A stretch of DNA of 64,000 nt from Octopus vulgaris (GCA_951406725.2 OX597822.1:85560001-85624000), one strand, 5' to 3'; counted from the stretch's first letter, positions 12,531 to 28,884 are shown. Notes: a model not told the origin generated them from the letters alone. Numbers and translations: made by a program.

Positions 12531-14784
12531 CGGTGGAAACTTTTGAAATGAGAGATGTTTCCTCGTCTTACACCTCAGTAACTGACGCAACCAAAGAGCC
12601 GCTTTCCCAGTGATACCATTCCATTCTCTTGCAAACATTTAGAACAAATGAAGCTTAGAAAGGAACAGTAAACCGTTGTTGGAGGCGCAGACAAATCACC
12701 TCCCTTCTCCCCAACATATTTTTGGCCTTGGGTCATGTAAGAAATTACTATACCTCTTCTTTTATACGATTTTGTCCCCCAAAACGGCTTGAGGCTTCTG
12801 TGGAGTAAAGGACCACAAAGAAGGAAAATAAGGAAGGGGGCTAAACAAGGTGATGGTAGTTTAGTTCCAGAGAATAGCAGTTCGAGAAAAGAAGTTTTTA
12901 GAATAAGAGAAAAATCTAAGTTCAACAGAGAAAAGATGTTCCTGAGAAGAGAAGCGGGTGATATGTTTAAAGGTCTTTAGAGTATTAGACCAGAAAGCTC
13001 ATCCAAGCAATGTCCATGGAAATACTTATGGAAAAGATACAACAAAGATACAGTTCGACGATGTCCAGAGTAACGGGTTGTTATAATAATTCGAACATCA
13101 GAAAAATTGCTTTGTGGGTATTTCAAATCCTACCGAAGTCAATTTTGCTTTTCATCCTTCTGGGGTCGATGAAAATAAAGAAGCCACAGGTATTGGGTCT
13201 GTGACATACACTCTCATAATTGCGGGTTTTATGCCTAAATTAAAAACCAAACCATGATGATGATGATGATGATAAAGACTAAGATGGTGGATGGTGGAAA
13301 CGGTAAAGTGACGTCACAAATACCTAGTGATATTCAGCTGTTTATGCTTTCATTTGAGCGCCATCTCCTTTTCTTTTTTTGCAGGGCTTAAAAAAGCTTT
13401 TCATCTTTCTTTAATAGGTTTTGTAGCCTAACAGTCATCTTACTTTAGTGCAGGGTCCACATGGTTTTCATATTGATCGGACAAAGATATTGTTCCAATT
13501 TGAGTTCCGAAAGCACTATTTTCCTACTATGAAGAGATCAATGATATGAAACGAAATTTTAGCTCAAAACGCAAACAACTGGAACAGATGCCGGCAGCTA
13601 TTCGACACTCAAACAATTCAGGCAATTGATCATTCTGGTATTTTCTATAGATTGATGGATACTTGCTTCATACTCACACGACCAGGGCGCCTTCCCTAAA
13701 ATCAAAAAGCGAAATTTTTGGATGCTGCCCTCACGGGCGAAAATTTGTTTCGGCAACGTGGTCATGTCCATTTTTGAGATGAAAAACGATACATACACAC
13801 AGCTTACACATTTTACCTACAGCTAACACCAAATCATGGGGTATAATTCTTCCGTTATTCCTCATATATTATTTTTCCCAAAAATATTTTTTCACTACAT
13901 TTCGTTCCACAGTTTTGCCACAGCCGAACAAAGTACACGAGTGTGTGTACTTTCAGCATAAATGAAAATACTCTGCGCTTATGGCTTGCAAGTCGTCGAT
14001 ATTGTCGACTTGAAAATTACAGCATGAAACCCATGGTAACAGGAATATGGATTGATGTTATGTACATATATGAATTCCTCTAATAGTCACTCTTTACTCC
14101 GCGGAATTGGTCTCTCGCAAAGACATAGGAATCTAAATTCGAATCATGTGAGTGCTACAAAGTGTTTTCTATTCCGACAATCTCTGGATCTCATCTGTTG
14201 TCTGTGTGTGTGTGCATGTGTGTGTGCATGTGTGTGTGCTAGTGTGTGTGCGTGTGTGTGTGTGTGTGTGCATGTATGTATGTGCGTGTGTGTGAGGAGA
14301 TAGCTAGCTAGTTAGGAAATAAATACATTCATACATACACACATACATACATACATGTATACATACATACATACATACACACATGCATACACACATATAC
14401 ACACACATCCATCCATACATGCATACATGCATACGCATATACATACATGCATATGTACAGCAATGTATAAGTATATATGCGTGTGAAGGTGTGTGTGTGT
14501 GCGTGCGCGTGTACAAGACTGGTTGCTATTTATAGAAACAGTAACTGGAAAATGGTTGCTAAGTTTGCTAGTGGGGAAAGTCCATTTCTATGATCCCAGT
14601 GTTTAGTTGGTACTTTATTGTTTGTAATGATTAAATCGAAACCAATCTCTGGTGCGGTTTGAACTCAGATGGTTAAGGAATAGCTGTTAAACACCGCAGA
14701 ACATTATGTCTGTTGTTCTAATAGATTCTATCGATCCATCGGCTTATTTACAGAAATAACAATTAAAATATTGACTATAGAAAG

Positions 14785-15122
<338 letters not shown>

Positions 15123-15882
15123 AAACCTCTCGGAAAGCTTGCACGTGCGCCGCGAAGTACTTCCGGCTAATCACTTAATTTTGCTCGGCTGATTGACTAA
15201 AAAGGACGCTGGTGAATGAGGCTGGCTTAGTTGTGGCTTCTGTGAAGGAAATATTGAAAGGAGGGTTAGGAGGACAGGTGGCCTACCTAAAATCCACCCT
15301 CGCTCTCCATCCTCTTAATCTTTTTTCCTTCTTATTATTACTTCCCATTACCATCATCATTATCATCATCGTCAGTGTAATTGTTATCTCTCCCGCTCCA
15401 TCTTTACTTCTGTTCCTCTCTCTTCTCCTCCTCCTACTACACCTCTTTCTTTACTCATTTCCTTCTTTCATTTTCTCTTACTCATTCACCTTCTTTTTTA
15501 CTCCCTCCTCCTCCTCTTCCTCCTCCTTTTCTTCTCCTTCGTCTTTTCTAACGTTGTTTAGCTGAGTTCGTTTTACACATTCCATCGGGGTCGAGATGTA
15601 ATCGGAACCAAAAACCCCCCCTCCGTTCTCCCCCCCCCCCGCCAACCCATACTTTTCTAGTTGAACAAAAGAGTTGAATAATAACAACGGGTCCATGAAA
15701 TCAAAACAACAAATAAACGCGAATGTGAGGGAGGAAGGGGGAGAAGGTCAGGAAGACGCAGATCGTAGCCGGCTCCATCTTACCATACACACACACACAC
15801 ACACACACACAATATAACAGTGTGCGCGTGTGTGTGTGTGCGCGCGTGTGTGAATGTGAGTGTGTGTGCGTGTGTGTGTGAA

Positions 15883-15913
<31 letters not shown>

Positions 15914-16165
15914 CTTTTTGTCGGTGTTTGTCCCCAACCACCGCTTGATAACCGACGTTTGTGTGTTTACATCCCTGTAACATTAGCGGTTCGGCAAAAA
16001 AGGACCGAAAAGAATAAATACCAGGCTTTAAAACAATATACACTGGGGCCGATTCCTTCGACTAAAAGTTCATCTAGGCGGTGCACCAGCATGGCCACAA
16101 TCTAACGACCGAAACATGTAAGAGATAAAAGATATATACATATGTATACAATTATATACACGCAA

Positions 16166-16241
<76 letters not shown>

Positions 16242-16531
16242 GTGCACATACATACATATACACACAAACACACGTACACACTTATAGTTGTGGATCTCCG
16301 TCGTTCGACTACGCTGATTCACTCATTTGATCAACTGAATTTTCCAGCGGCACATGGACCCTCAGCGTAATACTCAGGCACGATCAGCGTCACACAATCT
16401 TTTCAGTGCAATTGATCGGCTTCTATACAGTTTTCATGAGTAGAATCGAAGCTATAGAAAACAGTCACGTAGATCGAACACGTAGATCGTAGTTCCGAAG
16501 CGAACTTCTTAGCCATTCAGCCAAACTGTGG

Positions 16532-16592
<61 letters not shown>

Positions 16593-17404
16593 TACATTCT
16601 AGCTTACATATATGCATACACACATATTCAACAAAATATTAACGCATACATATACACACACACACATACACGTACCACTTATACATACATACATATTTGT
16701 ATGTATGCATGTATGTATGTATGTATGTATGTATGTATGTATGTATGTATGTATGCGTGCATATATGTATATTGAAAGAGAGAGAGATTACTGACCGAAG
16801 AATGGACGAATAAGTGAAAGCAAAAAGAGAAAATGAGAAGTATTACGGAAAATAAAACCGGAAAGAAAGATAGAGAAAGAGAGAGTGAGAGAATTAGAGG
16901 GAGAGGGAGCGAGAGAGAGATGGTAGACGGAGTAGAGTAGAATGAAGAAAGGAAAGAAAGAAGGGCAAAAATGAAAGAGCGGAAGGAAGGGAGGTAAATG
17001 CGGAGAGTTATGAGGTAATTATAGATCAAAGAGTGTAAATGATGGTGGCGCTGTATGTTAAGTAGGTTAACAAAAGGATCCCCGTGAAGAATGCAGAGGA
17101 GAGTTTAGCTGAGTCTTCGTCAGTCTCCTGGTGGCCCCTACTTAAATTGTCTAAGTAAGCCAGGAAGGTGGAATAGGAGTCATTGAAACGAGAAAAGACA
17201 TCAGTCAAAATTTATACATTTTAGTGAAGAGGAGTTTTGTTTAATATTTTTCTTTTTATCCCCTACTTATCTTGAAAAACCGACAGAGTAAACAAATACG
17301 AAACAATGGCTACAAACATCGACTTTTATTGTTATTATTATTTACATTTTGTAAAGAAATTATCGTTACTTAAATGTTGTTGCTGTTGTTGTTGTTGTTG
17401 TTGT

Positions 17405-17612
17405 TATTTAACCCCAGGCCAATTTTGGTTCAACAGACTTGTGATCAAAGCTATTACAACCTTGACCATGCAGTTTTCTTTTCTTTTATTAACTAAATAC
17501 AGAACTACATAATCTAATGTGTTCTGTCCTTATATAAGACTGTAAGTTGTGATTTGAGGTAGATTTAGCTTCTATTTCTAACTAATTGAGTGATCACATA
17601 GAATCTCCCTCG
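17405..17612 (+). repeat. Old interspersed repeat with motif GATTT(G/A)(G/A)CTGCTATTTCTAGC
   Basis: Related segments near 14520, 34735-34830, 35775-35825 and 43090-43130. Confidence 0.4.
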
Positions 17613-18170
17613 GAAGGGGTAAAGTAAGTCGGTGGAACGGCAAAGACATTGGACTGTCTTGATGTATGCTTTCGTTATCGTACGTTTCCAGTTCGAATCT
17701 TGTCGGGGTCGCTGTTATATGCCACTTTTATGGAGTTGATAAACTGAGTACCAGTTATATATTGAGATCGGTTCAATGCAATGTTCCTACTACCACTACC
17801 ACCACTACCACCACCACCACCACCCGGTGCTCCATCCGAATTTGTGTTCAATGAGAGATAGCGTTTTTGAGACGAAGTCTCAATGTGTTAGAGTGTGAGA
17901 GAAGAGATGAAAGATGAGACGAATCAGAGAGAAATGAGAGAAAGAGAGGAGAAAGAGGGAGAAATAAGAGAACTGGGGAGCGGCAGCGCAAAAGGTGAGA
18001 GAAAGAAGCAGGGGTGGAGGGGTGAAATTAGAACTTAAGCGGTTACGGAGGACGTGAGGAGAAGAGAGAAAGGAGGAGAGGGAGAGAGAAAATGGGAGAG
18101 AGAGAGAGAGATAAAGAAAGGAGGGGAAGAAATAAATAATGAGCAGAGGAGAAGAATTAGCCGGCGTGGT

Positions 18171-18201
<31 letters not shown>

Positions 18202-18313
18202 AGGAACATAAAAGGAAAGAAAACAAGAGAAAAAACAACAACAAAAATTATTGGGAGAAAAGATTAAATGAAAGATATAGAGAATGAAGGGAAGATTAGC
18301 GGATTAAAATATG

Positions 18314-18361
<48 letters not shown>

Positions 18362-18410
18362 ACACATACATGCAAGCATGAATGCATACATACATACATA
18401 CATACATACA

Positions 18411-18441
<31 letters not shown>

Positions 18442-18454
18442 GTATAACACATTT

Positions 18455-18616
18455 TTCTCTTTCCATTTTTTTGTCCCCCCCCCCTATCTTAATCATTTCT
18501 GTCTAAGATCGCCGGCTCGAAATATCAAAGACTTTTCCATTCTTCCTGAGCATCAAAGTAATACACCTTCTTGATGTTCCTTCACCTGTCTTCGTCTTTG
18601 GCTTTCTATAAATTTG

Positions 18617-18620
<4 letters not shown>
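18455..18620 (+). mobile_element. Solo PLE 3' end (family H1) with decayed hammerhead at 18496-18531
   Basis: TTT-CTGTCTA-A-GAT-cgccgg-CTC-GAAA-TA-TC-AAAGAC...ttcctgagc...taatacac...cacctgtcttcgtcttt, then (TA)n. A 3'-tip fragment is also present at 10382-10417 (-). Confidence 0.6.
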
Positions 18621-18670
<50 letters not shown>

Positions 18671-18791
18671 CAAAGTAAATTTGCAAGGTACTGCACGAGT
18701 GAAAATATATACGAAAGAGGGTTTGAAAATGTAGAGCTCTTTTAAAGATGTTTATTGACTTGACCGGTTTCACGTTTTTAAAAGAGTCATA

Positions 18792-18840
<49 letters not shown>

Positions 18841-18904
18841 TGAAACCATTAAAAGGGAAAGTATTATAAGTGAAACTATTATATCACATTACAATAGGGA
18901 TGTT

Positions 18905-19114
18905 ATTGTTTCACTTTTGGCACATAATATCGAAACAGTCTATGAGATTGTTCCGGGCTCGCATTAGGCAAGAAGTTGAAAATTGTTTTGGCCATGACAT
19001 TCCGTGGACCCTATGTAATGCAAGTGTACAATTTGAATGAAATCGGTTGGATAGTTCTCGAGTTTTAGTAATGCATGCACACAGACACACAATCTCAGTT
19101 TTATATATATAGAT
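18905..19114 (-). mobile_element. Possible non-autonomous Helitron 5' portion
   Basis: Minus strand starts (A)TCTATATATATAAAA, then tgtgtgtctgt and aactatccaaccgatttcattcaaatt, a typical invertebrate Helitron 5' layout. No 3' hairpin/CTAG seen. Confidence 0.45.
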
Positions 19115-19419
19115 AGGAAGAAACGAAATTTTATTTCCTTTTCTTTTAATCACAACAAATGTCTGCTTCTTAAGTTTTTTTTCATTTTGTGTTATGTGGC
19201 GGGGACTCGTGTTTAGAGATGTTATCAATGCTGTTTACAAATCGCTAGAGAGAAACACAAGAGGTAAAAAATAATAGAGTTTGTTTGGGGGAGGAGAAAT
19301 AAACTCCGTGTGGGGATACTCTGCATGCACTAAAAATTGTTTTCCTCTTGAATATGGGTTGTCGAAATTAGGGTGCGTCATATACGTCCGTGAATCTTCT
19401 CAAAATCGTACAAGGATAC

Positions 19420-19884
19420 AAGGAAAGGAAGAAAGAAAGAAGGAAGGAAGGAAGGAAGGAAGGAAGGAAGGAAAGGAGGGAGGAAAGAAAGAGCGAAAGA
19501 AAGAAAGAAAGAAATAAGGGAGGAAGGAAAGAAAGAAAGAAGGAAGGAAGGAAGGAAGGAAGGAAGGAAGGAAGGAAGGAAGGGAGGGAGGGAGGGAGGG
19601 AGGAAAGAAAGAACGAAAGAAAGAAAGAAATAAGGGAGGAGGGAAAGAAAGAAAGAAAGAAGGAAAGAAGGAAGGAAAGAAGGAAGGAAGGAAAGAAAGA
19701 AGGAAAGAGAGAAGGAAGGAAAGAAGGAAAGAAAGAAGGAAGGAAAGAAGAAAGGAAAGAAGGAAAGAAAGAAGGAAAGAAGGAAGGAAGGAAAGAGAGA
19801 AGGAAGGAAGGAAAGAAGGAAGGAAGGAAAGAAGGAAAGAAAGAAGGAAGGAAGGAAAGAAAGAAGGGAGGAAGGAAGGAAGGA

Positions 19885-19948
<64 letters not shown>

Positions 19949-19975
19949 AGAGAAGAAAGAAACGAAAGAAAAGGA
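19420..19975. repeat. (GGAA/GAAA)n polypurine tract
   Basis: Seen directly; includes an internal ~120-bp higher-order duplication. Confidence 0.95.
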
Positions 19976-20584
19976 CTGGATAATGAAAGAGTGAATGGAT
20001 TGCTGAATAAATCAAATGAATGAAGGAAGGCCACAACGAATTGATTGATCAAATAACTGTTTCTTCCCACTAAGAAGAGGGATTTACTTCTCAGAATGTA
20101 AAACCACGTTGAACACCGGTGCGAAAACGGTGACGAATCTCTTTAACAATAGAGCTTATAGATTAGAGATTAGAATAGGGCTTAGGGCCCTGGATTAAGG
20201 AGTTATTATAACTCTTCCTTTGCTGGTTTCTACAAAGCTACGAAGAAACCAAGTCATTGTTTTTGTGTTCAGCCATTGACTTTCGTTCGTTGAATTGAGA
20301 GTCTTTCACTGAGTTTTATCGATTTCACAGGTTTGCGACGTCGACGATGTCTGCTTCATAAAGGACAAGACAGGGTTATTAGGGAACATCTGGGTAAACA
20401 AGACTGGGTGAGGAGTGTAAAGGTCAGAAATGGGAATAATAGAAAACCTTTACAATTACTGAGATGACTGCCGTAGAAATGTGGACTGCCGAGTCAGCTA
20501 GGTGTTGCTGTATGTGTGTAGTTAAATGTACAGTAGTCCTGTGTATGTATACAAACATACATACATATATACATATATAAATAC

Positions 20585-20644
<60 letters not shown>

Positions 20645-20842
20645 AATATATAGATTTATATTATATTCACAACATACACATATATGCATGTGTGTATGCA
20701 CATGTTTACATAATATATATACATTTGCATATGTATGCTTTCTATGTACGCATACATACGTAAATATATATATATATATGTGTATGTATGTATGTATGTA
20801 TGTATGTATGTATGTATGTATGTATGTATGTATGTATGTATG

Positions 20843-20874
<32 letters not shown>

Positions 20875-20888
20875 TGTATGTATGTATG

Positions 20889-20941
<53 letters not shown>

Positions 20942-21080
20942 TGTATGTATGTATGTATGCATATATATAGATAAATAAAAAATAAGTGGAAATTTTATCG
21001 GTGAGTGTGTTAAATTATAAAGCTCTAAAAGAGAATGACTCTCCCCAGACACAACAGAAAATTGTGTGTATATATGTATA

Positions 21081-21155
<75 letters not shown>

Positions 21156-21256
21156 AGAGAGAGAGAGAGAGAGATGAAACTTACACATACACATATAAAC
21201 AGACAGATAGACCGACTGACAGACAGGCAGACAGACAGACAGATAGATAGATAGGC

Positions 21257-21360
<104 letters not shown>

Positions 21361-21391
21361 GATGGATGGATAGATAGATAGATAGAAGGAC

Positions 21392-21463
<72 letters not shown>

Positions 21464-21464
21464 T

Positions 21465-21607
<143 letters not shown>

Positions 21608-22362
21608 TAGGAGAGAGACGGCGAGAGACTGAGCTGCATATACAAAGATAACTGCCACAAACTTGCTGAACAAAAGAAATTGTAAAAGACGTTGGTCATG
21701 TGACTAGCAGATGCACAAAGCCTATGAATGAATTAGCTTTTCAAAAGGCATGATGCTGTTGCTAGAACAATGCACCCTACCATCCATAGGAAATCTGTCC
21801 TGCTTTCATACAAGTAGTACATGCGTGTATATATATACATATATATATGCACACATATGTGTGTGTGTGTGCGTGTGTATGTATGTTTATATACACTCAC
21901 ACACACACACACACACATCATATGCAATGTAAATACATCATAATAAATAAATTCACTTCGGTATTTGAGATGATATCTTTTATGGACGTGCCGTGTCTAA
22001 AAATACAATATATATGGGAAGCAGACCAAAATCGCTCAGCAGCCGCCGCTGAGAAGGCTAGATGCGCATTTCTGCTTTGTTTGACTTTGTCGATATCATG
22101 TACTTGCAACAGTACGGAAACAGAGAATAAGCAATCACTAATGCTGGAAATAGCCGCCCAATTAAATAAAAAACCCTTATATGCAAAAGAAGCATAAAAG
22201 ATATTATCTCCGGACGAATATTGTAGTTAATTTGTCATTTTGCATTGTATGTACATTAAGTATGATATACAGATGGCTAATTTAATCCAACACTGCCTAC
22301 GTTGCGCATAAGAGACGCATACATACATGCATACACACACACACATACATCTCTGTTTTCTG

Positions 22363-22395
22363 TTTCTGAAGAAGAGGTTTGCTCGAAACGTAAAA
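22363..22395 (+). ncRNA. Minimal type I hammerhead ribozyme (family H1), canonical core, in a solo PLE 3' end (~22350-22495)
   Basis: TTT-CTGAAGA-A-GAG-gtttg-CTC-GAAA-CG-TA-AAA. Downstream sequence matches 63360-63440 and ends in (TA)n. Confidence 0.75.
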
Positions 22396-22491
22396 GGCTT
22401 TCTCAATTCCCGAGCGTTAAACTAATACATTTGTTTGTTGTTTACACACCCGTCTTCGTCTTTTGCTTTGTTAATTTTTTGTAAATTCCAA

Positions 22492-22557
<66 letters not shown>

Positions 22558-22895
22558 CCGTTAATTAAAGTTTATTCATTCTTCTGACGCCAACTACATT
22601 CAATGCTCGTCGTCAAGAACAAAGGCTTTAACAGTTGTAAAGAGAAGAATTCGAATGATTGCATTTGATCCAGTGGTAGAACGCCTGTCATTTTCAAGCG
22701 AGATACAGATTCGAGTCCGTCGGGCAGCCTTCGATTCTGTTTTTTATAGTTTTATGCGCTTGGAGATCCACTGTTCCAAAGGAGAATTATTTCACGTTGT
22801 TTTGAACTTTGCAAAATCTTATGACTTCAACTACACACACACACACACACACATACACACACGCACACACGAACACACACACACACATACACACG

Positions 22896-22948
<53 letters not shown>

Positions 22949-23129
22949 TGAGTATATTCTTGCATTTTATCGCTAATTGTGGTTCGATGATTTCCACTAA
23001 ATTAGAAATATAACGGCCCTGGTATGATTTTGGAGACAAACAATGGCTATTAATTGTTTGTGTTGGTCGGCTACGATTTGTATATAAGCGTTTCATTCAA
23101 ACTTGATGTTAAATGAAAACATTTATGAC

Positions 23130-23340
23130 CGCCTGCTTCTTGAGAACCCACCACACCTCTAGTAAAGTTATAAATATATATTTACTTATCAAATTATTGT
23201 TTAACTTGGTTGTATGTTTCGAAAAATAGCCTGAAAAAGCTGAGCTTCTCGGTTAAAGAATAAGTTTATCAAATTCTTCAATCTATCTATAAGCGGAGCA
23301 GCAAAATCATGCCATTCTTTCCTAAAATTCAAAATATAAT
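23130..23340 (+). mobile_element. 3' fragment of the R4/Dong-like family seen at 52.5 kb
   Basis: LKKLSFSVKE...SGAAKSCHSFLKFKI* parallels LDKLGFSEKE...SGTVEICETFLRFKI* at 52490-52600. Confidence 0.5.
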
Positions 23341-23883
23341 TCTTTAATATTATTATTATTATTATGGAAATTGAGATGACGCAGTTTTTTTCTCTTAGAA
23401 ATCGTTCACTTTATTCGCGACAGAATGTAAAAGAAAATTACAAATTCTACCATTTCAATTAATGCAGAGAAAAGATAATTTCCTTGCGAGCAGAGACTGC
23501 TGTCTTGTTTCCAATTCGGGTTGGAACCAATCCAAACAGAATGCTGATATTCTTGAGGCGGTTTCGGTTCAATGCTGCAAGCGACGTTCGCTCAGTAGAT
23601 TTCAGTCAATATTTCTATTTATAAAGTGGTTCTATATTTTGCAGCATCGCTGCACAGGCAACATGTTCTAACACATCACATTCTCTACATTCTTCCAATC
23701 ATACATTAATCCTAACTTCATCTTCCAGTATCATTTCACATCAGCATCTCAACTCTTTGACATTTCCCTTTGACTTGTGTAACCCCTTCGAGGATTTTAG
23801 ACAATTATATCGACTCTAGTACTTCATCTCGTACTTATTAATTGGATCTTAATTCATTGAATGGCTAAATTCGTAGCCTAATG

Positions 23884-24302
23884 GGATCTTTTCGGTTTGA
23901 ACGGCAGTTTTTAATATAATTTCTAGGTAACTAAAAAATGTTAAACTTCGTATACTGGTAGAATATGTTTATAAAACATCTTTTACTCTCGGCTTTAATG
24001 AGAAAATTCTATAGTTTGTAAGATATTTGCTGTTGTTTTTCTTCAATTTCTGCAATTTCAACCAATCAATGACCGTCTATTGAGGTGAAAACATTCTGTG
24101 CCGTATGAATATGTTCCTCGTTTAAGAAACAGATTGGGTTTATTTACATTTGTGAAGAAAAAAAGATACCCTTCCCCCCACCCCTAACCCTAACCCTAAA
24201 ATAGATTGAAATGCAATAGATCGATACTAGGGTCATAATTATGGGTGACAATTTCATATGACACCGCTAGACAAAAAATTGCCGTTTAAACCGAAAAGAT
24301 CC
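23884..24302 (+). mobile_element. MITE, Merlin-like (GG-starting TIRs, 8-bp TSD), with internal telomeric repeat
   Basis: TIR GGATCTTTTCGGTTTGAACGGCA / TGCCGTTTAAACCGAAAAGATCC; TSD GCCTAATG (23876-23883, 24303-24310); CCCTAA x3 at 24182-24199. Confidence 0.85.
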
Positions 24303-24998
24303 GCCTAATGCATTGACACATAATTCAACTCACCGATTTATCAATAATACCTCACCAATACACACAACACACACACACACACGCTCACACGACGAGTTTC
24401 AGCACAATATCCGTCTACCAAATATTATTCACGAAGGTTTTGGCCGAAGTTATGACACGCACACGGATCCATGACCTAGAAACAAACCTAACCCATTTGT
24501 ATTTCAATAGTTAGGTGTCTAAATATTTGTATTTACAAACTTCTTCTGTAACATGTTTCGTTAAATGTTGGCTGCCAATGTGTAACTAACTTTGTGGACG
24601 TGTGTGTGTGAGGGGGGGGGGCATACTAGTTGAAACGTCACATCCGGTTTCAAATCCGCAAAACTCTGCCTGACGCTATTAATTATTAGCCAGCTGTCTC
24701 CTTCACCTTCTTCATATTTACATCTAAATATTATACAAACACACACTTACATAAATATATTCACACACACACACACACACACACACAGGTATACATATAT
24801 AATACATATGTATGTATGTACGCATATACACCCATAAATAAATATTTAAAGAGATATGGTTTTATGCATAAATTATAAAGGCGCGTGCCTCTGTGTAAAT
24901 GTATATATGTAACATGCATGTATACATGTCAATTCAAATATGTAAAAGATATTTTACGCCTAATCTTATATATGATAATATGGATAATATTATTAATG

Positions 24999-25440
<442 letters not shown>

Positions 25441-25719
25441 TGCATGTTCGAATGTATGTATATATGTGTTGTGCGCCTGTCTGCTGACCAAACAAACGAA
25501 CATGTCCTACACTCTGGCTGTGTACAGCAAAGCGTTGCTTTCTTTGTCTTCCGCACGGAAACTATTGTTTACCTACAGGAAATGCGATTCGACCATGGTG
25601 GCAGCACCTGTACACAACAGAGACAATTGTCTCTTTCACTTCCACAGATGGTTTCTAGTTTGGCTGACGTTATTCACCGTTATTGTTGCGCGTGCGTGTG
25701 TGTGTGAGTGCATGGGAGC

Positions 25720-25766
<47 letters not shown>

Positions 25767-25769
25767 CAC

Positions 25770-25830
<61 letters not shown>

Positions 25831-25896
25831 TATATATATATATACACACATACATACATACATACAGTGAGAGAAAGAGAGAGACAGACAGACAGG

Positions 25897-26007
<111 letters not shown>

Positions 26008-26112
26008 ACTACGTATGTGTGTGTATGTGTGTACGCGCGCGCGTGACTGTGTGTGTGAGTGCGAGTTTGTGTGTGCATGTGAGTACGCGCGCGCGCGTGT
26101 GTATCATTATTA

Positions 26113-26164
<52 letters not shown>

Positions 26165-26406
26165 TAATCACAAACTCTAATATTCAATTTTTTCTATTTA
26201 TTATCCACAACGGAAATGGAATTTGCAGATCTGTTTATTTGAAACAGGTTTCGTAAGGTGGTATTCCCCTTTGCGATCATCAGATAACCGCTGTCGGTAC
26301 AAGAGCTTCCCATGGTAAATGCCGAGTGACTCACTTGATAGAGAGAGAAGAGGGAGAAAGAGAGACATACAGACTAACTGACAAACAGACAGACAAGAAG
26401 ATAGAC

Positions 26407-26505
<99 letters not shown>

Positions 26506-26559
26506 GTTTGCAAGGAAATCCTGTCGCATTTCAAGATAGGAAATAAACAAATGCTTCTT

Positions 26560-28020
26560 TGATCTTAATTAATATATCTAATCAAGGTAATATTCCCCCC
26601 TCCTTATTGATTACCTAATTCCATCATTCAGGCAAATTGTTGATCCGTCGGTTGTAAAAATTCTTCGGATTTCGAAGCAAAGAAGCACACAATACCTTTT
26701 ATAATTTCAATTAATAAATTATTTGGATCTTTTCGGTTTGAACGGCAGTTTTTTCTAGCGATGTCATATGAAATTGTCACCCATAATTATGACCCTAGTA
26801 TCGATCTATTGCATTTCAGTCTGTTTTAGGGTTAGGGTTAGTTAGGGTTAGGGTTAGGGGTGGGGGGAAGGGTATATATTTTTCTTCACAAATGTAAATA
26901 AACCCAATCTGTTTCTTAAGCGAGGGACATATTTATACGGCACAGACGTCAGTGATTGGCTGAAATTGCAGAAATTGAAGAAAAAAACAACAAATATCTT
27001 ACAAACTATAGAATTTTCTCAATAAAGCCAAGAGAAAAAGATGTTTTATAAACACATTCTACCAGTATACGAAGTTTAAAATTTTTTAGTTACCTAGAAA
27101 TTATATTTAAAAAATTGCCGTTCAAACCGAAAAGATCCAATTATTTTCCCTCTAAACAATGTTGCAATGATTCGAAAAGATCATAATCGAATGGAGCGAG
27201 GTTATGTGAGTAAGGAAGAGGAAGTGGTATTTCCATATTTAGTGTCATAACCTTTTCTTGAGGAATTCGAATTATCGTTTTCCTGTATTCTAGCATTATC
27301 TTGTAACAGCAACGTCCCTTTGCGAACAACAAATAATGGATGCTTTTTCTGCAAATTTTTGTGCAATGCTTCCCATTTATACTAAAACTGATCCGCATTA
27401 ACTGTTTCATTTTGATTTCTTCGTATTCTACTAAACGAAGAGAATAAACTTCTTCGTATTCTCCTATTTCATTGGTTACTAACCAGTGTCGTTTTCGTTG
27501 GATATGATTATAGGGAAGCCACTCTCATAATTTGGAAAGATTCGGTGGCAATAACAAGAAGGGGAAACTCCTTCCATAAGCTGAAATTATTAGGGACCCA
27601 CTGATTCAGATACTTTTCTCAGTTCATGAAGGCGTTTTATGACCGAAGTCTGACTTGAATTGCAAATTCTTGTGCAATTTTCTTCGGATTTTGTTTTTCA
27701 ACTACGGTTTTCAGAAGCACAATGTTGACAAAACTTGGTTGTCCAGATCGTGGGAGATCTTCAAGAGAAAAATTTCTCGAGCGAGACTAGCCAAGTCTCT
27801 ACAGAGAGAAGAAATATATCTTGCCATTTCCATTACTGACGTGCTTCTTTTGAATTCCTGCAGCATAGAGTGTCTGATACGGATCTGAACTAAACTCATT
27901 CAAAAAGAGTAAAATCGATTTCAGTTGAACCATTATAGCATAAAGTAATCTGCAAAGAAAAGGAAAACATCAGAATGTAAAAACTGATGTGTATTTTACC
28001 GTAAGTAGCGAAAATGTAAC
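26560..28020 (-). mobile_element. Degraded mariner transposon, interrupted by the MITE
   Basis: LPYSHNLAPFDYDLFESLQHCLEGK resembles the mariner YSPDLAPSDYHLF motif. The C-terminal remnant (..FASKS..) continues left of the MITE. Confidence 0.7.
26725..27138 (-). mobile_element. Second copy of the same MITE, opposite orientation
   Basis: Same TIRs; TSD AATTATTT (26717-26724, 27139-27146); TTAGGG run at ~26826-26858. Confidence 0.85.
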
Positions 28021-28267
28021 CGTTAAAGGGATCGGATCAAAAAGGCTTCAAGACTTTCCAAACTAATGTACGTGTACGTGCATGTGTGCGTGTGTGTGTG
28101 TGTGTGAGCGAGAGAGAAAGAGAGAGAGAGAGTGTGTGCATATATGTGTGTATTTAGTTGTGTGTGTGTATTTGGTTGTGCGTGTGTACATATATACATA
28201 TGCACACGCATATGTTTATGAATGTATGTATATTGGTATACGTATGCATTAATGTGGGTGTATGCAG

Positions 28268-28404
28268 AGAAGAAGAAGAAGAAGAAGAAGAAGAAGAAGA
28301 AGAAGAAGAAGAAGAAGAAGAAGAAGAAGAAGAAGAAGAAGAAGAAGAAGAAGAAGAAGAAGAAGAAGAAGAAGAAGAAGAAGAAGAAAAAGAAGAAGAA
28401 GAAG
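28268..28404. repeat. (GAA)n, about 45 units
   Basis: Seen directly. Confidence 0.95.
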
Positions 28405-28586
28405 TGCTCTGTGAGAGAGTGGAGAAAAGAAGTTAACGAGTTGGCCGGACATGAGAACTTCAGCGATATTCCGACTTCAAAAATAGTGTGAAACCAACAA
28501 CTCGTCTGGCATTCCAACCAACAACGTCGTTGCGGTTTCTCACGGAGCAGTTCTCGTTCTTAGAGTCATATATGCATGTGTGTATA

Positions 28587-28667
<81 letters not shown>

Positions 28668-28788
28668 TCCAAACAAGAAAACACAGAAAAAAAAAACACA
28701 GCAACGCGAGGACGTGGAACAATTAAAGTATTATTTGACGCTCAGGAAAGAAGGGAAGGAGGGTTATGTATGTATATATATATATGTG

Positions 28789-28884
<96 letters not shown>

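Noticed and set aside
24182-24199. Telomere or chromosome-fusion relic
   Set aside because: The repeats are internal to a TIR element present twice in the window.
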